Below are positions 1-21,721 of a stretch of DNA of 64,000 bases, piece by piece. The stretch is from Eledone cirrhosa (taxonomy: Eukaryota). The stretch is taken from the NCBI GenBank assembly GCA_964016885.1, contig OZ024740.1, forward strand, positions 211,172,001 to 211,236,000, given 5' to 3'. Both the position numbers and the translations under genes were made by a program. Every line of letters begins with the position of its first letter. Within the stretch, counting starts at the first letter, position 1. A model generated the notes under the pieces. It saw nothing but the letters and a program-made list of their open reading frames with translations. It did no database searches and was not told the DNA's origin.

Positions 1-1960
1 TTACGTCCGTTCTTCCACGCTAGCATGGGTTAGACGGATTGTCCTGTTGTGGGCAGTGTCTGGTCGGCTGACCATGCCTTGCTCATATAGGAACTGATCT
101 GGCTTGATTTCTACAGCTGGATGCCCTTCCTAACACCAACCTCATTTACAGTGAGTGCTGGGTGCTTTTTCGTGGCGCCTACACGTCCACTTTACAGTGT
201 GGGCTGGGTGCTTCTTTGCCGTGGCACCTCCACGACCACCTTGCGGTGGGGGGAGTGGGGGCATATTGTTTATATGCTTCAGCATGTACCCATGGGAGGT
301 CGGGTACCCTGTATTACTGCGTGACGCCAGAAGTCACGGTCGTGTGTCATTGTCTTTGAGAGGTGTAGTTGGGTAAGGTCGGCTTTTATCACCTCATCCC
401 AAGTCATCTTGGGTCTCCCCACTCCGCGGTTTCCATCAACTTCTAGTGCTCTGCACCTTTTTATGCAGCTGTCATCCTTCATACGCATCACATGTCCATA
501 CCAGCGTAACCGCCTCTCCTGCAGCAGCATTTGATTCCTCTTATGCTCAGTCTCTCTCTCAATTCCTTTATGCTTTGTCGTTCACGTATATTACTGTTAC
601 ACATCCATCGGAGCATGCAGGCTTCGTTTCTCTCTAATCTACGTAAGTCTTCCACCTTCAGCGCCCAGGTCTCACTACCATGCAACATCGCTGTTCGGAT
701 ACACGCATCATACAGTCTGCCTTTCATTCTGAGGGAGAAGCCTTTTGCAGCTAGCAGTGGTAGTAGTTCCCTAAACTTCTTCCATCCCGTTCTTACCCTA
801 GTTATTGTACTTTCTGAGCACCCACCTCCGTTGCTAATTCGGTCACCTAGGTAGCAGAAGCTGTCTACTGTTTCTACAGGGCCCTCCCAGAGATTGGTGG
901 TACTTGTTTCCTGTGGCTGTTTGCTTGCTGTTTCAGCACAGTTGCTGCATGTGAATCCTACATTCTTAATTAAGCTTCCTGAGATCCCGCTACATCTCTT
1001 GTGTACCCATTGTTTGCATTTGGGGCAGAGAATGGAGTTCCTACCTACACCTTTCCTACATACTGAGCAAGGCCATTTCACTGAGGGGATCTGGGTTCTG
1101 TTTTCTCGTCTAGTTACAAGGACCTTAGTCTTTGTCATGTTGACTTTGAGGCCCTTTCTCTCTAGTCCCTGCTTCCAGGTTTGGAATTTATTCTCTAGTT
1201 CTACCATAGATTCAGCTATGAGTGCGAGGTCATCAGCATACAGGAGTTCCCATGGGCATCCGGTCTTAAACTCCTCCGTTATTGCCTGCAGGACTATGAT
1301 GAACAGGAGAGGGCTAAAAACAGAGCCCTGGTGGACACCAACCTGTACGCTAAATTCCTCGCTATACTCATTGCTAATCCTAACTTTGCTGACTGCTCCC
1401 CTATACATGTACCGCTTTCACAAGCCATTCATCTACTCCTAGTTTTCTAAGAGCCCACCAGATTACTGCACGTGGAACTCTGTCAAAGGCTTTCTCAAGG
1501 TCGACAAATGCCAAGTAGAGTGGCTTACTTTTAGCTAGGTACTTTTCCTGTAATTGCCTCACAAGGAAGAGGGCATCAGTGGTGCCTCTCCCTGGTACAA
1601 ACCCAAATTGCATCTCGTCTATATTCACCCGGTCCCTAATCAGCTGTGCTATAACTCTTTCTGTTACTTTCATGACCTGGTCCATCAACTTTATACCTCT
1701 ATAGTTTCCTCTATCTAGTGCATCGCCTTTACCTTTGTAGCAGTTGACAATGATGCTACTGCACCAATCTTTTGGTATGGCCCCTTCTAGTATTACCTGG
1801 TTAACGATACGTGTGGTTATAGTGTGACCTACAGACCCAGATGCCTTCAGCATCTCGGCAGCTATACCCGATGGACCGGTTGCCTTCCCCATCTTCATAT
1901 CTCTGATTGACTTACTACGCTGCCGCTGACTTGTACTGCTGGTCCCTCTATAGGGTCTAC
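1..1960 (-). mobile_element. RTE/RTEX-like non-LTR retrotransposon, 5'-truncated, frameshifted; 3' UTR runs off the window start
   Basis: ORFs 1401-2018, 488-1408 and 279-530 (-) join into an RT: NYRGIKL, FVDLEKAFDRV, GVHQGSV, LYADD, YLG, RRLRWYGHV, RGVGRPKMTW. Frameshifts lie near 1408 and 530. Bases 1-240 match the 3' UTR of other copies in the window. Confidence 0.92.
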
Positions 1961-1970
1961 TTATATATAT

Positions 1971-2029
<59 letters not shown>

Positions 2030-2036
2030 CATATAC

Positions 2037-2710
2037 GTAGGTCCCGGGTTGAGTCGGGGATAACCACAGTAAGTAAGGTACTCAATACATGGCAGAGTAA
2101 AATTTTTTTATTTTATAGAAGGAGCTTCTACAGGACTAGTACTGTTTCATTCAGATGAAATCTTCAGGAAGCTGGGTGTCATATTAAGTTCTGGTATTTA
2201 TACATTTAGGTAGTTGCAAGGGAGGGGTGGTGGATGGGGGGGGGGGGTATTTAGATACACAGGACCACTTCATGGCACAGGCCGTTTTTTCTATGGGGAG
2301 TGGTCAATTAGCCAGAGTGCTTTTTTGAAATAAATAAATAAATAAATAAATAAATGAATAAATAAATAGATAAATGAATAAATAAATAAAATAAATAAAG
2401 AAAGAAATAAAAAATAAATATATATATATATATATATACATATATATACATATATATATACATACATATATATATATAGATAATTTAATATATCTACTAA
2501 CATAAGCGCACAGATGTACGCCAATGCCAGCAAATACACAGGTTATGTCATAGTAGCTAGGTGGTTCAATGCAGGAGGATGCATAATATAAAAAACGTAA
2601 AATAAGAAAATTTAAAAAAAAAATTTTTTTAAATAACTTACTAAAATTTTCACTCCAATTTTAGTAAGTTAAATTAAAAAAAAATTTTTTTTTTAATTTT
2701 CTTATTTTAC
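2037..2710 (-). mobile_element. Penelope-like (pLTR-type) non-coding element with hammerhead ribozyme and terminal fold-back
   Basis: Contains a hammerhead (2123-2173). Its 3' part is homologous to 40205-40304. An inverted repeat at 2597-2710 marks its 5' end, and it is flanked by (TA)n. The PLE assignment is inferred; no ORF is seen. Confidence 0.65.
2123..2173 (-). ncRNA. Type I hammerhead ribozyme
   Basis: Minus strand: AGCTTC-CTGAAGA-tTTCAtcTGAAt-GAAA-CAG(tactagtc)CTG-TA-GAAGCT. The core CUGANGA/GAAA/UH is intact, stem I is 6 bp, stem III is 3 bp with palindromic ACTAGT in the loop, and the cleavage triplet is GUA. Confidence 0.85.
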
Positions 2711-6916
<4,206 letters not shown>

Positions 6917-9701
6917 TAACTTTGAATAACTTTGAAATGTTTTGGCCAGTATTGGCCCAGGCCATGTCTAACTTAATAGCACCACCTGGCGAAGTCTTTC
7001 AATTCAGGATTTGGGCACCATGGCCCATTCGAGAAGAGAATTACTGTTTGCGGAGACATATCCGGGTGTGGGTGGTTTGTCCGGGATTACTTGGAGGAAT
7101 TTGTCCAAAGACTTCTTGAATTTTGAGTGGTCAGTTTCTGTTTTGACGTGTCCTGGTGTGATGTTGAAGAGAGCAGGGCCGATTGAGGTGAAATAATTGT
7201 GCCGTATTGTTGTTATGAGTTGCGATTTAGATTTTTGAATGGGACGGATAGCACGGGGCCCAAGCCTTGGGTGTATCTTGAAGGCGATGCCAACATCATT
7301 TGGGCAGTGATGATGGAACATTTTCCACATCATGCAGATAATATAACGCTCACGGCGACGTTGGAGTGAGTAAAGTTTCAGGTTTTCCAATCGACCCCAG
7401 TAGTCAAGGTCTGACATGCCATCTATCTTTTTCGTGATTGCCCTTTGAGGAGCTTCAAGTTTCATGATACTTTGTTTCGTGTGGGGAGACCACAGTGGAC
7501 AACAGTATTCAAGGTGTGGTCGGGCGAAAGTAGAGAAGAGAAGGATAATGGTGCGGGAATCTCTCGACTGGAAGGTTCTGAGGATCCAGGAACACATTCT
7601 GCGGGCCATGTCAACTTTGCTGCTTATATGCGTGGTCCAGCTTATGTTGCTGTCCACGGTTACTCCCAAGTCTCTGATGTTGTTAGATGCCACGAGAGTT
7701 TCCCCGGAGGGAAGGGAGTACGGGAGTTTCAGAGCATCCTCTTTTCCAAAGTGGATCAGTTCGAATTTGTCTTCGTTCAGTAACATGTTGTTCTTTTCTG
7801 CCCATTGGGTAACAGCCAGTAGGTCTGACTGAAGGCTTATCCGGTCATCCACGCCATTGATGACCTTTTGGAGCTTGGAATCATCAGCGAAAATTTTAAT
7901 GTTGCTGTGTTTGATGATGTCAGTGATGTCATTAATATAGATGATGAAGAGAAGTGGGCCCAACACAGTGCCTTGTGGGACTCCACTACTGACTTTGGCT
8001 GGGCTTGATTTGACTCCCTCAACTACAACATGTTGGGTTCTGTTTGACAGGAAGCTCTTGATCCACTGCAGCAGCTTTCCAGTGACACCAATATTGGACA
8101 GCTTTCTCAGTAGAATGTTATGATCAACCCTGTCAAAGGCCTTGCTGAAATCAAGGTAGATAACATCAGTGTTGGAACCCTCTCCCAAGGCTCTCAAAAT
8201 GTCATCAAAGTGATGCAGTAGTTGCGTCAGGCAATCCCTTCCATTACGGAATCCATGCTGGTTGGAGTTCAGCATATTGTTACTCTCAAGGAAGTGGGTC
8301 ATTCGCGATCTCACCACTCGCTCAAATACCTTAATGATATGAGAGGTGAGTGAGATTGGACGGTAATTCACGGCAAGGGATTTGTTTCCCTTTTTGAAAA
8401 CTGGGACAACAGACTGGGATAGAAGGTTTTCTGGCACATATCCAGCATCCAGTGAGTTCCGCCACAGATTGGCAAGAGGAGAAGCAAGTTGGTGTTGACA
8501 CGCCTTCAAGACACAAGCAGGGAACCTATCGGGACCTACTGCTGAATTATGCTTGATTTCCTTTATTGCCGCCAAGACATCAGGGGCGCCAAACGTTATG
8601 TCCGATAAGGTGTAATGGGGAGTAACATCGCCGATACAGCCCAGATCGGCCATATCAGGATTGCTGAAAACAGAGCAGTATTGTTTCTGCAGTATCTCAC
8701 CCATGGTTTTAGCATTGTCTTGAAGAGTGCCATTTTCATCAATTAGAGGGCCAACAGTAGAGCCAGTGATTTTGTGTTTTTTTGCAAATGAAAAGAACAC
8801 TTTGGGATTGAGTTTGATCTTCTCAATGGCCCAGGCCTCTTCAGCTCTTCTCTGATTGTTGATGAGGGACATTATGTTGTTTTGGAGGTTATGTTTTTTA
8901 ATCTCTAGTGATGAAATGGCAGTCAAGTTGATGTGTTGCTGCTGACAGTATTTCAGATTGTTGATTTTTTTGTTCGTTCTCTTAATTTTTCTGATGAGCG
9001 TTTTTCTATTTCTAGGGATTCTGCTCTTAGATTTGTTTATAGTTCTTAATGGGGTGTGTTTAGCACATATGTTTGTAACAGTGTCCACAAATGTCTGCCA
9101 GGACTTTTTGATGTTAGTGGGTGTATGAGTGTGCGTGAAGGACCAGTCGACATGTGCAAGATCATGACTGATCGCTTCCCAGTTTGCATTGTGGAAATCC
9201 ATAGCGTCAAACGGATGGGCAGGAGAAATGACATTGGGTTTGTATATTGGACGGTGGAATCTCAGATCACAGAGAACCATGTCATGATCAGAGAGTAGAG
9301 TTTTCTCCACTGCAATATTGTGGATATTGTCAGTGTGATTGCTGAAAATTAAGTCTAGGACGTTTTTGTGGCACCTCGTTGGTTCGAGCACTAGTTGGGA
9401 TAGGAAGAAATCATCCATGAAGTCAAGAAGCGATTCCACAGCTTCCCTGTCAGAGGTTGAGGCAGAAGAACCTGGTGGCAGGGTGTTTGTGGACCAGTCA
9501 ACTCCGGGGAGGTTGAAGTCCCCCATCATTAAGATGTTATCAGGGTGACACTCTTGGATGAAACACTTTATGCTGTTGAGGCATTCCTTGAAGCATGGTA
9601 GAGGCGTTTGGGGTGGCCTATAGAGCCCAACTACTAATAGGTTGTTGGTTTGACTGAATACAGTGACTGCCTCACAGTATCCATTAGTGAATATCCATTA
9701 G

Positions 9702-9705
<4 letters not shown>
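6917..9705 (-). mobile_element. CR1-group LINE, 5'-truncated, young
   Basis: Open ORF2 followed by a short 3' UTR ending in the tandem tail (TTCAAAGTTA)x2. Both ends abut TA arrays. Confidence 0.93.
7004..9691 (-). CDS. CR1-group ORF2 (C-terminal half of APE endonuclease plus reverse transcriptase), 5'-partial, uninterrupted
   Basis: The 841-aa ORF extends in frame upstream (FTNGYCEAV...GLYRPP...MMGDFN). Motifs: [46 protein letters not shown]. Confidence 0.9.
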   Translation of the reverse strand, partial: FTNGYCEAVTVFSQTNNLLVVGLYRPPQTPLPCFKECLNSIKCFIQECHPDNILMMGDFNLPGVDWSTNTLPPGSSASTSDREAVESLLDFMDDFFLSQLVLEPTRCHKNVLDLIFSNHTDNIHNIAVEKTLLSDHDMVLCDLRFHRPIYKPNVISPAHPFDAMDFHNANWEAISHDLAHVDWSFTHTHTPTNIKKSWQTFVDTVTNICAKHTPLRTINKSKSRIPRNRKTLIRKIKRTNKKINNLKYCQQQHINLTAISSLEIKKHNLQNNIMSLINNQRRAEEAWAIEKIKLNPKVFFSFAKKHKITGSTVGPLIDENGTLQDNAKTMGEILQKQYCSVFSNPDMADLGCIGDVTPHYTLSDITFGAPDVLAAIKEIKHNSAVGPDRFPACVLKACQHQLASPLANLWRNSLDAGYVPENLLSQSVVPVFKKGNKSLAVNYRPISLTSHIIKVFERVVRSRMTHFLESNNMLNSNQHGFRNGRDCLTQLLHHFDDILRALGEGSNTDVIYLDFSKAFDRVDHNILLRKLSNIGVTGKLLQWIKSFLSNRTQHVVVEGVKSSPAKVSSGVPQGTVLGPLLFIIYINDITDIIKHSNIKIFADDSKLQKVINGVDDRISLQSDLLAVTQWAEKNNMLLNEDKFELIHFGKEDALKLPYSLPSGETLVASNNIRDLGVTVDSNISWTTHISSKVDMARRMCSWILRTFQSRDSRTIILLFSTFARPHLEYCCPLWSPHTKQSIMKLEAPQRAITKKIDGMSDLDYWGRLENLKLYSLQRRRERYIICMMWKMFHHHCPNDVGIAFKIHPRLGPRAIRPIQKSKSQLITTIRHNYFTSIGPALFNITPGHVKTETDHSKFKKSLDKFLQVIPDKPPTPGYVSANSNSLLEWAMVPKS

Positions 9706-13592
<3,887 letters not shown>

Positions 13593-13817
13593 TACATATA
13601 TATATACATATATACATAAGTATATATATATATATACACATGTATATATACATATACACATATGTATATATATACATACATATGTATATATATACATACA
13701 TATGTATATATACATATACATATATGCATATATATACATACATATATACATATGTATATATATACATACATATATACATATGTATATATATACATATATA
13801 TATATATATACATATAT

Positions 13818-14180
13818 GGAGGTACATGGCTTAGTGGTTAGAGCATTGGCCTTGCAATCGAAAGGTTGTGAGTTCAATTCTCAGACCGGGTGATGTGCTG
13901 TTTCCTTGAGCAAGACACTTTATTTCACATTGCTGCAGTTTACTCAGCTGTAGAAATGAGATGATAGGGACTGGGGTCCCTATCATTCCACTGCAAAAAA
14001 GCACCCAGCACTCACTGTAAATGAGGTTGGTGTAAGGAAGGGCATCCAGCTGTTGAAATCAAGCCAAATCAGTTCCTGTATGAGCAAGGCATGGTCAGCC
14101 GACCAGACACTGCCCACAACAGGACAACCCATCTAACCCATGCTAGCGTGGAAGAACGGACGTAAAACGGTGATGATGAT
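13818..14180 (+). mobile_element. tRNA-derived SINE with CORE-like body and RTE/RTEX-type 3' tail
   Basis: A box TGGCTTAGTGG, B box GAGTTCAATTC, CCTTGAGCAAGACACTT body. The last ~170 bp match the LINE 3' UTR at 1-170; (GAT)n tail. Confidence 0.88.
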
Positions 14181-14250
14181 ATATACATATACATATATAT
14201 ATACATATATAGACATATATAGACATATATATATACATATATATATATAC

Positions 14251-14285
<35 letters not shown>

Positions 14286-14353
14286 CATACATATATATAT
14301 ATACATACATATATACATATATATATATACATACATATATACATATATATATA

Positions 14354-14445
<92 letters not shown>

Positions 14446-15060
14446 CATACATATATATATATATACATACATACATACATATATACATACATACATACAT
14501 ATATACATACATACATACATATATATATATACATACATACATACATATATATATACATACATACATATATATATATATACATACATATATATATATATAC
14601 ATACATATATATATATATACATACATATATATATATATACATACATATATATATACATACATACATATATATATACATACATACATATATATATACATAC
14701 ATATATATATACATACATACATATATATATATATACATACATATATATATACATACATATATATATACATACATATATATATACATATATATATACATAC
14801 ATATATATATACATACATATATATATACATACATATATACATACATACATATATACATACATATATATATACATACATATATATATACATACATATATAT
14901 ATACATACATATATATATACATACATACATATATATATATATACATACATATATATATACATACATACATACATATATATATACATACATATATATATAC
15001 ATACATACATACATATATATATATATACATACATATATACATACATACATACATACATAT

Positions 15061-15093
<33 letters not shown>

Positions 15094-15117
15094 TACATAC
15101 ATATATATATACATACA

Positions 15118-15158
<41 letters not shown>

Positions 15159-15194
15159 ACATACATACATATATATATATATATACATACATAC

Positions 15195-15227
<33 letters not shown>

Positions 15228-15280
15228 CATACATATATATATACATACATATATATATACATACATATATATATACATAC

Positions 15281-15315
<35 letters not shown>

Positions 15316-15340
15316 CATACATATATATATATATACATAC

Positions 15341-15377
<37 letters not shown>

Positions 15378-15522
15378 CATACATATATATATATATATAT
15401 ATACATACATATATATATATATATACATACATATATATATATATATATATAAGTACATACATATATATATATACACATACATATATATATATATATATAT
15501 ACATACATATATATATACATAC

Positions 15523-15585
<63 letters not shown>

Positions 15586-15685
15586 CATACATACATATAT
15601 ATACATACATACATATATATACATACATACATATATATATATATATACATACATACATACATATATATATACATACATACATATA

Positions 15686-15717
<32 letters not shown>

Positions 15718-15727
15718 CATATATATA
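14181..15727. repeat. (TA)n/(TACA)n array
   Basis: Seen directly in the sequence. Confidence 0.98.
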
Positions 15728-15813
15728 TGATGGCTGCCCCCTCGTTATCGAGTATGGCCATTGCACAATAAAAAAAAAAAAAAATAAATAAAAAAAATAA
15801 AAAAAAATAAAAA

Positions 15814-15862
<49 letters not shown>

Positions 15863-15941
15863 GCAATAATAATAATAACGACAACAACAATAATAATATA
15901 CATATTCATATATATATACACACACACGCACGCACATAAGC

Positions 15942-15979
<38 letters not shown>

Positions 15980-18900
15980 GATAGCAACTAACAGTGCTGC
16001 GATCGAATGTGGCTTTTTAGCCCAGCCAATGATCTAAAATGTCTTGCACAGAGTCGGCAACCAAAACATTTACTGGGAATAGTCGGCTGTGGTTGGAGTT
16101 CGTGTACTTTTGCATGTCGCTTGAGTCCTCCTGCTGATTTACATTCTCTACCACATGTTTGGCAAGCATGATGAGTAGCATCTCCAACAGAAGCCTGGTA
16201 GTCAACCACTGGTCTTACTTTATGACTGCGAAGATGACTTTCGAGTCCAGCTTTGCTTAGGCAGAGTCTCGCACAGACGCTGCATGTCAGAAACATAGGA
16301 GGACCCTCGCCGTCTGGAAGTGCAACAGCAATACCCTTCCTCACGTCCCGCTTTACTTTCTCGTGTGCGATTCGAGATGCCTCAAAGGCAACTTTTCCCT
16401 CATATACAGTCTTTCTCCATTTATTACGATCAGCAGCAATATTTTCCCATGTATCAGCAGAGATGTTAGCGTCTTTCAGAGAGGCTTTCAAGGAATCCTT
16501 ATACCTCTTTTTTGGTTTATGTGGCGGTCGTTTTCCTTTAACCAACTCTCCATAGAAGAGTTGTTTTGGTATTCTAGAATCCTTCATCCTGGCAAGGTGA
16601 CCACTCCAACGGAGTCGCTGCTTAAGCACAAGAGCCTCTATACTGTCACACATAGAGCTTTCCAAAATCTCGACATCACTGATGTGGTCCCTCCAGCGAA
16701 CGCCATGTATCCGTCTGAGACACATCTGATGGAAACGCTCCAATTGCTTAAGGTGGCGTCGATATGTGACCCAGGTCTCGCAGGCATAAAGAAGACAAGA
16801 GAGTACACATGCCCTGTACACCTTTACCTTTGTCCTCCTGCATATGTCTCGCCGACCCCAGAGTCGCCTTTCTAGCTTTCCGAAAGCATCACTTGCTTTC
16901 CTAATCCTAAGTGAGATTTCACCGTCAAGGTTGCCGTATCGATTGACAGTGCTTCCCAGGTAGACAAACTGATCAACCACTCCAAGTCGTTTGCCATACA
17001 CATAGATGTTTGGTTCAGTGTACTGCCTACCAGGTGCAGGTTGGTACATGACGACGGTTTTCTTGAGACTGACAGTCAAACCCAGGGCAGTGCAAGCGTC
17101 AGAAAATACATTCAAAATGTGCTGCATATCACTCTCTGTGTGCGCTACAAGATCGCAATCATCTGCATACAAGAGGTCTCTTATGACTGATGTAAACACT
17201 TTTGTCTTCGCAGCAAAGCGCCTGATGTTAAATATGCTGCCTGAGGTTCGATATCGGATGTAAACACCATGCTCGCAATTCCTGAATGCAATACAGAAAA
17301 CCATTGCAAAGTATATGGCAAACAGGGTCGGTGCTGGAATATCCCCCTGTTTCACTCCATTTTTTACTGAGATAGGCTCCGACATGTTACCTCCGACATT
17401 AACCCAAGCCTTCATGTCGTCATGGAAAGACCTAACTAAAGCAAGGAACTTATCAGGGCAACCAAGTTTCTGGAGAACCTTCCATAATGCATCTCTGTTG
17501 ACAGTATCGAAAGCCTTTGTCAGATCGACAAAAACCTGATACAGATCCAAGCCCTGTTCAATGCACCTCTCCTGGAGCTGTCTAGCTGAGAAGATCATAT
17601 CAGTAGTGCCGCGTCCAACACGAAAACCAGATTGACTTTCAGGAAGGACACAATCTGCAATGTGTGTCAGCAGACGGTCCAGAAGCACCCTACATAAAAC
17701 TTTCCCCACGACAGAAAGCAATGATATACCTCTGTAGTTCCCACAATCATTCCTGTTACCCTTTCCCTTGTACAAGACCACCATTACTGCATCTCTCCAG
17801 TCCTCAGGCACGGATTCATTAGCCCATATCCCTCCAAACAGAGAGTGAAGATGTTGCAGGAGTCTCTCACCACCATATTGTAGGAGCTCAGCATGTATGC
17901 CATCCATACCTGGAGATCTTCCACTGTTCAGCTTCGAAATAGCCACTGCAACCTCCACAAGTGTCGGAGGCTCTGCGAGAGCTACTTTCACAGGACTTTC
18001 CGGAATGAGATTGAGGAAATCTTCACTGACGACAGACGGCTGATTCAAAAGATCATCAAAGTGCTCTCGCCACCTTCGTAGAATTCCCTGTGAGTCACGA
18101 AGAAGTTCTTTGCCATCCTTGCTGCGAATCGGTGTCACCAGAGAAGAAGACGGTCCATAAACCTCACGCAAGAGACTGTACAACAGCTTTGTGTTATTGC
18201 AATCAGACGCAGTTTGTATCTCACCAGCCTTCTCACTCCACCACTGATCCTTCATCTGAGAAAGACTCCGCCTAACACGTGATTTTACATCCCTGAGGTC
18301 CTCATGCAACGTATTCCTCTCCTGTGGCCTTGCCGTCAAGTAGCGTGACAGAGCGCGCCTCTTATCAGCCAACAAGTCATCTATATGCACATCTTTCTCA
18401 TCAAACCAGTCCTGATGTTTTCTCTGCACCAATCCCAGAACACGTCTGCCTACATCATAAACCGACTTTTTAAGGGTCGGCCAATCCTCACCAAGATCTG
18501 CAGCCTGCATCTCTTCTTCCAATGTCCTCTTCACATTTTTATCCTTAAGACGAGCAGCATTCAATCTTTTGGGCAGGGTAACACCAGGAGCCCGGATTTT
18601 ACGTTTGGTGATTAGATTCACTTTTGCGTGTACCAGGCGGTGGTCCGTCCAGCACTCAGCTCCACGAAGAACACGAACACACCGCACATCCTGTCTGTCA
18701 CGCATCCTGACTAGGACGTAGTCCAAAAGATGCCATTCCTTAGATGCAGGATGCATCCATGTGGTCTTGAATTTGTTCTTTTGTTGGAACATGGTGTTGG
18801 TAACACACAGATCCAGCTCCTCACACATCTGCAGCAAGAGCATACCATTGCTGTTACACTTTCCCACCCCATGCCTTCCGATTACATTCCATGTGTTAAA

Positions 18901-19541
18901 ATCCCTACCCACTCTAGCATTAAAGTCACCAAGCACGATGACTTTGTCTGCCTGAGGGATATTTCTTAAAACACCTTTCAAGGCATGGTAAAAGGACAGT
19001 TTTTCTTCATCGACAGAATTCATAGTTGGAGCATACACACTCACCAGGGTAGCATATCTGCCCTTGTCCAGCGGAACTCTCATGGACATAAGACGCTCAC
19101 TAATCCCCACTGGGAATTCTTCCAATTTATTCACCAGTACAGTCTTAACAGCAAATCCTACCCCAGCCTCTCTTCTGGTTCCTTCATCTCTTCCTTTCCA
19201 GAAGAATGTATATTCTCCACAAAATTCCGTAAGATGACCATCTCCAGCTAACCTCGTCTCAGACAAAGCCACGATGTCAAGATCGTAACGTCGAAGCTCC
19301 TTTGCAACAAGAGCGGTCCTTCGTTCAGGACGCTCCAAAGAATCCCTGTCAAGCAGCGTCCGTACGTTCCAGCAGCCAAGACTAAATGCCCTGTTTGGCT
19401 CTATTACAATGGCACGATGACGGGCGGGCCCAGGTTGTGATAACTTGGGGCCCCTGCCCTTATTGCCAATGATCTTTTTTGTTCCAGAACCCAAATTGGC
19501 AATTATCTCGTTTACATTGTTCTGGAACATCATTGAATTGG

Positions 19542-19577
<36 letters not shown>

Positions 19578-19582
19578 TAATA

Positions 19583-19623
<41 letters not shown>

Positions 19624-19924
19624 ACACTATTAATAATTATTAATGCACTCGTGCAATGCCTGTGCGTGACGAATATTTTTAAAGTGAGGAAAGACTGTGC
19701 ACTGAACCAATCCCACTCTCTGAGCGACAGTAGCTATAACCCGAAAAGAAGAAAAGATCAACATCATCGGTAACTACTGAGCCGCAGGTTTTATATCGGA
19801 GTTAACCCAGTTTCCTGAGATGCCTTCTCCTAGAAGAATACCCTGACATGGGCTAGGGGTTCTTCACTCCCAGTGGTTTAACTGCGCGATCGGGCATCCA
19901 GCCCGATTATTTCTATGTCCCCGC

Positions 19925-19926
<2 letters not shown>
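15728..19926 (-). mobile_element. Apparently full-length RTE-clade LINE
   Basis: Structured 5' UTR (19640-19926), a single intact ORF, and a 3' end TGGCCATACTCGATAACGAGGGGGCAGCCATC joined to (TA)n. Confidence 0.9.
15988..19533 (-). CDS. RTE LINE polyprotein: APE endonuclease + reverse transcriptase + three C2H2 zinc fingers (1181 aa, no stops)
   Basis: APE: WNVRTL, ALSETR, YAPT, GDFNAR, LDY, TDH. RT: [30 protein letters not shown]. Fingers: CSVC..HLRSH, CQTC..HAKVH, CRLC..HIRSQH. Confidence 0.96.
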   Translation of the reverse strand: MMFQNNVNEIIANLGSGTKKIIGNKGRGPKLSQPGPARHRAIVIEPNRAFSLGCWNVRTLLDRDSLERPERRTALVAKELRRYDLDIVALSETRLAGDGHLTEFCGEYTFFWKGRDEGTRREAGVGFAVKTVLVNKLEEFPVGISERLMSMRVPLDKGRYATLVSVYAPTMNSVDEEKLSFYHALKGVLRNIPQADKVIVLGDFNARVGRDFNTWNVIGRHGVGKCNSNGMLLLQMCEELDLCVTNTMFQQKNKFKTTWMHPASKEWHLLDYVLVRMRDRQDVRCVRVLRGAECWTDHRLVHAKVNLITKRKIRAPGVTLPKRLNAARLKDKNVKRTLEEEMQAADLGEDWPTLKKSVYDVGRRVLGLVQRKHQDWFDEKDVHIDDLLADKRRALSRYLTARPQERNTLHEDLRDVKSRVRRSLSQMKDQWWSEKAGEIQTASDCNNTKLLYSLLREVYGPSSSLVTPIRSKDGKELLRDSQGILRRWREHFDDLLNQPSVVSEDFLNLIPESPVKVALAEPPTLVEVAVAISKLNSGRSPGMDGIHAELLQYGGERLLQHLHSLFGGIWANESVPEDWRDAVMVVLYKGKGNRNDCGNYRGISLLSVVGKVLCRVLLDRLLTHIADCVLPESQSGFRVGRGTTDMIFSARQLQERCIEQGLDLYQVFVDLTKAFDTVNRDALWKVLQKLGCPDKFLALVRSFHDDMKAWVNVGGNMSEPISVKNGVKQGDIPAPTLFAIYFAMVFCIAFRNCEHGVYIRYRTSGSIFNIRRFAAKTKVFTSVIRDLLYADDCDLVAHTESDMQHILNVFSDACTALGLTVSLKKTVVMYQPAPGRQYTEPNIYVYGKRLGVVDQFVYLGSTVNRYGNLDGEISLRIRKASDAFGKLERRLWGRRDICRRTKVKVYRACVLSCLLYACETWVTYRRHLKQLERFHQMCLRRIHGVRWRDHISDVEILESSMCDSIEALVLKQRLRWSGHLARMKDSRIPKQLFYGELVKGKRPPHKPKKRYKDSLKASLKDANISADTWENIAADRNKWRKTVYEGKVAFEASRIAHEKVKRDVRKGIAVALPDGEGPPMFLTCSVCARLCLSKAGLESHLRSHKVRPVVDYQASVGDATHHACQTCGRECKSAGGLKRHAKVHELQPQPTIPSKCFGCRLCARHFRSLAGLKSHIRSQHC

Positions 19927-19962
<36 letters not shown>

Positions 19963-20166
19963 ACTTATTGACACTTATACGTACGACATACACACACACG
20001 CATACATATGCGTGCACACAGCAACACTCATACACACAACAAACACACACACACGCTACTCTACTCACTTACACGCACACACATATATATATATGCTTCA
20101 ACTATACAAACTCTTGAAAGTCAACAGTTGACATAATCTGGTAATCTTGTATCAGTAATGACGGTA

Positions 20167-20197
<31 letters not shown>

Positions 20198-20325
20198 CAT
20201 ACATACATACATATATATATATATATACATACATACATATATATATATATATACATACATACATATACATACATACATACATATATACATATATATATAT
20301 ATACATACATATATATATACATACA

Positions 20326-20359
<34 letters not shown>

Positions 20360-20405
20360 CATACATACATATATATATACATACATACATATATATATAC
20401 ATACA

Positions 20406-20475
<70 letters not shown>

Positions 20476-20492
20476 CATACATACATACATAC

Positions 20493-20537
<45 letters not shown>

Positions 20538-20538
<1 letters not shown>

Positions 20539-21041
20539 GGTGGCTGCCAACTCGTTTTCGAGTACGGCCACTACTTTATATCCATGTAGGAGAACCCCTA
20601 CCAATGCGCTGAACGAGTGTGACTTTTTAGTCCAGCCAGCGACTTGAAAACTCTGGTACAAACACTACACTTGTGACAATTATTGACACAGTGCTGGGCC
20701 CATGGTACCATGTGACGACAAGTGCAGAGAGATCTCCAGATATAAAGCAATGCCTGTGCTGTGAAGCTTTTATAGTGAGCAAAGGCACTGCACAAAGCCA
20801 GTCCCACTCTCTTAACCAAGATGATATTTACCAAAAAGAAGAACAATTCAACATCATTGGATACCATCAGGGTTGCAGGTGTTATATCAGAGTTTTCCTT
20901 CTCCTAGAATTCTGCCTTGACAAAGGCTAAGGGGTCATCTCTCCCGGTGATTTTGGATGGCTATTGACTCATTAAGAGCCCCTTTGCCCTTTGCCCTTTG
21001 ACAGGTTTTGTTTTTTAGTCCTGCAGGATGTCCTGCAGGAT
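20538..21041 (-). mobile_element. Short internally deleted, non-autonomous RTE derivative (SIDE/bipartite)
   Basis: The 5' part aligns to the RTE 5' UTR (19655-19870), then jumps to the last zinc finger ([22 protein letters not shown]). The 3' end TGGCCGTACTCGAAAACGAGTTGGCAGCCACC matches 15728-15760. Confidence 0.82.
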
Positions 21042-21057
21042 ATATATATATACATAC

Positions 21058-21090
<33 letters not shown>

Positions 21091-21199
21091 CATACATATA
21101 TATATACATATATACATATATATACATATATATATATATATACATACATATATATATACATATATACATATATATACATATATATATACATATATATAC

Positions 21200-21259
<60 letters not shown>

Positions 21260-21345
21260 ATATACGTATGTATATATACATATATACATAATTATATATA
21301 TATACATACATATACATATACACATATATAAACATATACATACAT

Positions 21346-21393
<48 letters not shown>

Positions 21394-21437
21394 ATATATA
21401 CATATATATATACATATATACATACATATATATATAC

Positions 21438-21472
<35 letters not shown>

Positions 21473-21721
21473 CATATATATATACATATATATATATATA
21501 CATATACATATACATATATATATACATATATATATACATATATATATATATACATATATATATATACATATATATATATACATAAATATATATACATACA
21601 TACATATATACATACATACATATATACATATATAAACATATACATACATATACATATATATATATATACATATATAGTTATATATATATGTGGCATCTAA
21701 CATATATAGTTATATATATAT

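Noticed and set aside
531-1442. Plus-strand ORFs overlapping LINE and Gypsy coding regions (also at 7445-8123, 16253-19251, 44264-46868)
   Set aside because: They are antisense shadows of retroelement ORFs with no recognisable domains.
13818-13890. tRNA gene (also 24290-24360)
   Set aside because: A and B boxes are present, but there is no proper acceptor stem and the sequence runs into a SINE body; it is a SINE head.
19790-19926. Canonical HDV-like ribozyme in the RTE 5' UTR
   Set aside because: P1/P1.1/P3 and a catalytic C could not be placed in the HDV topology; reported instead as an unclassified conserved fold.
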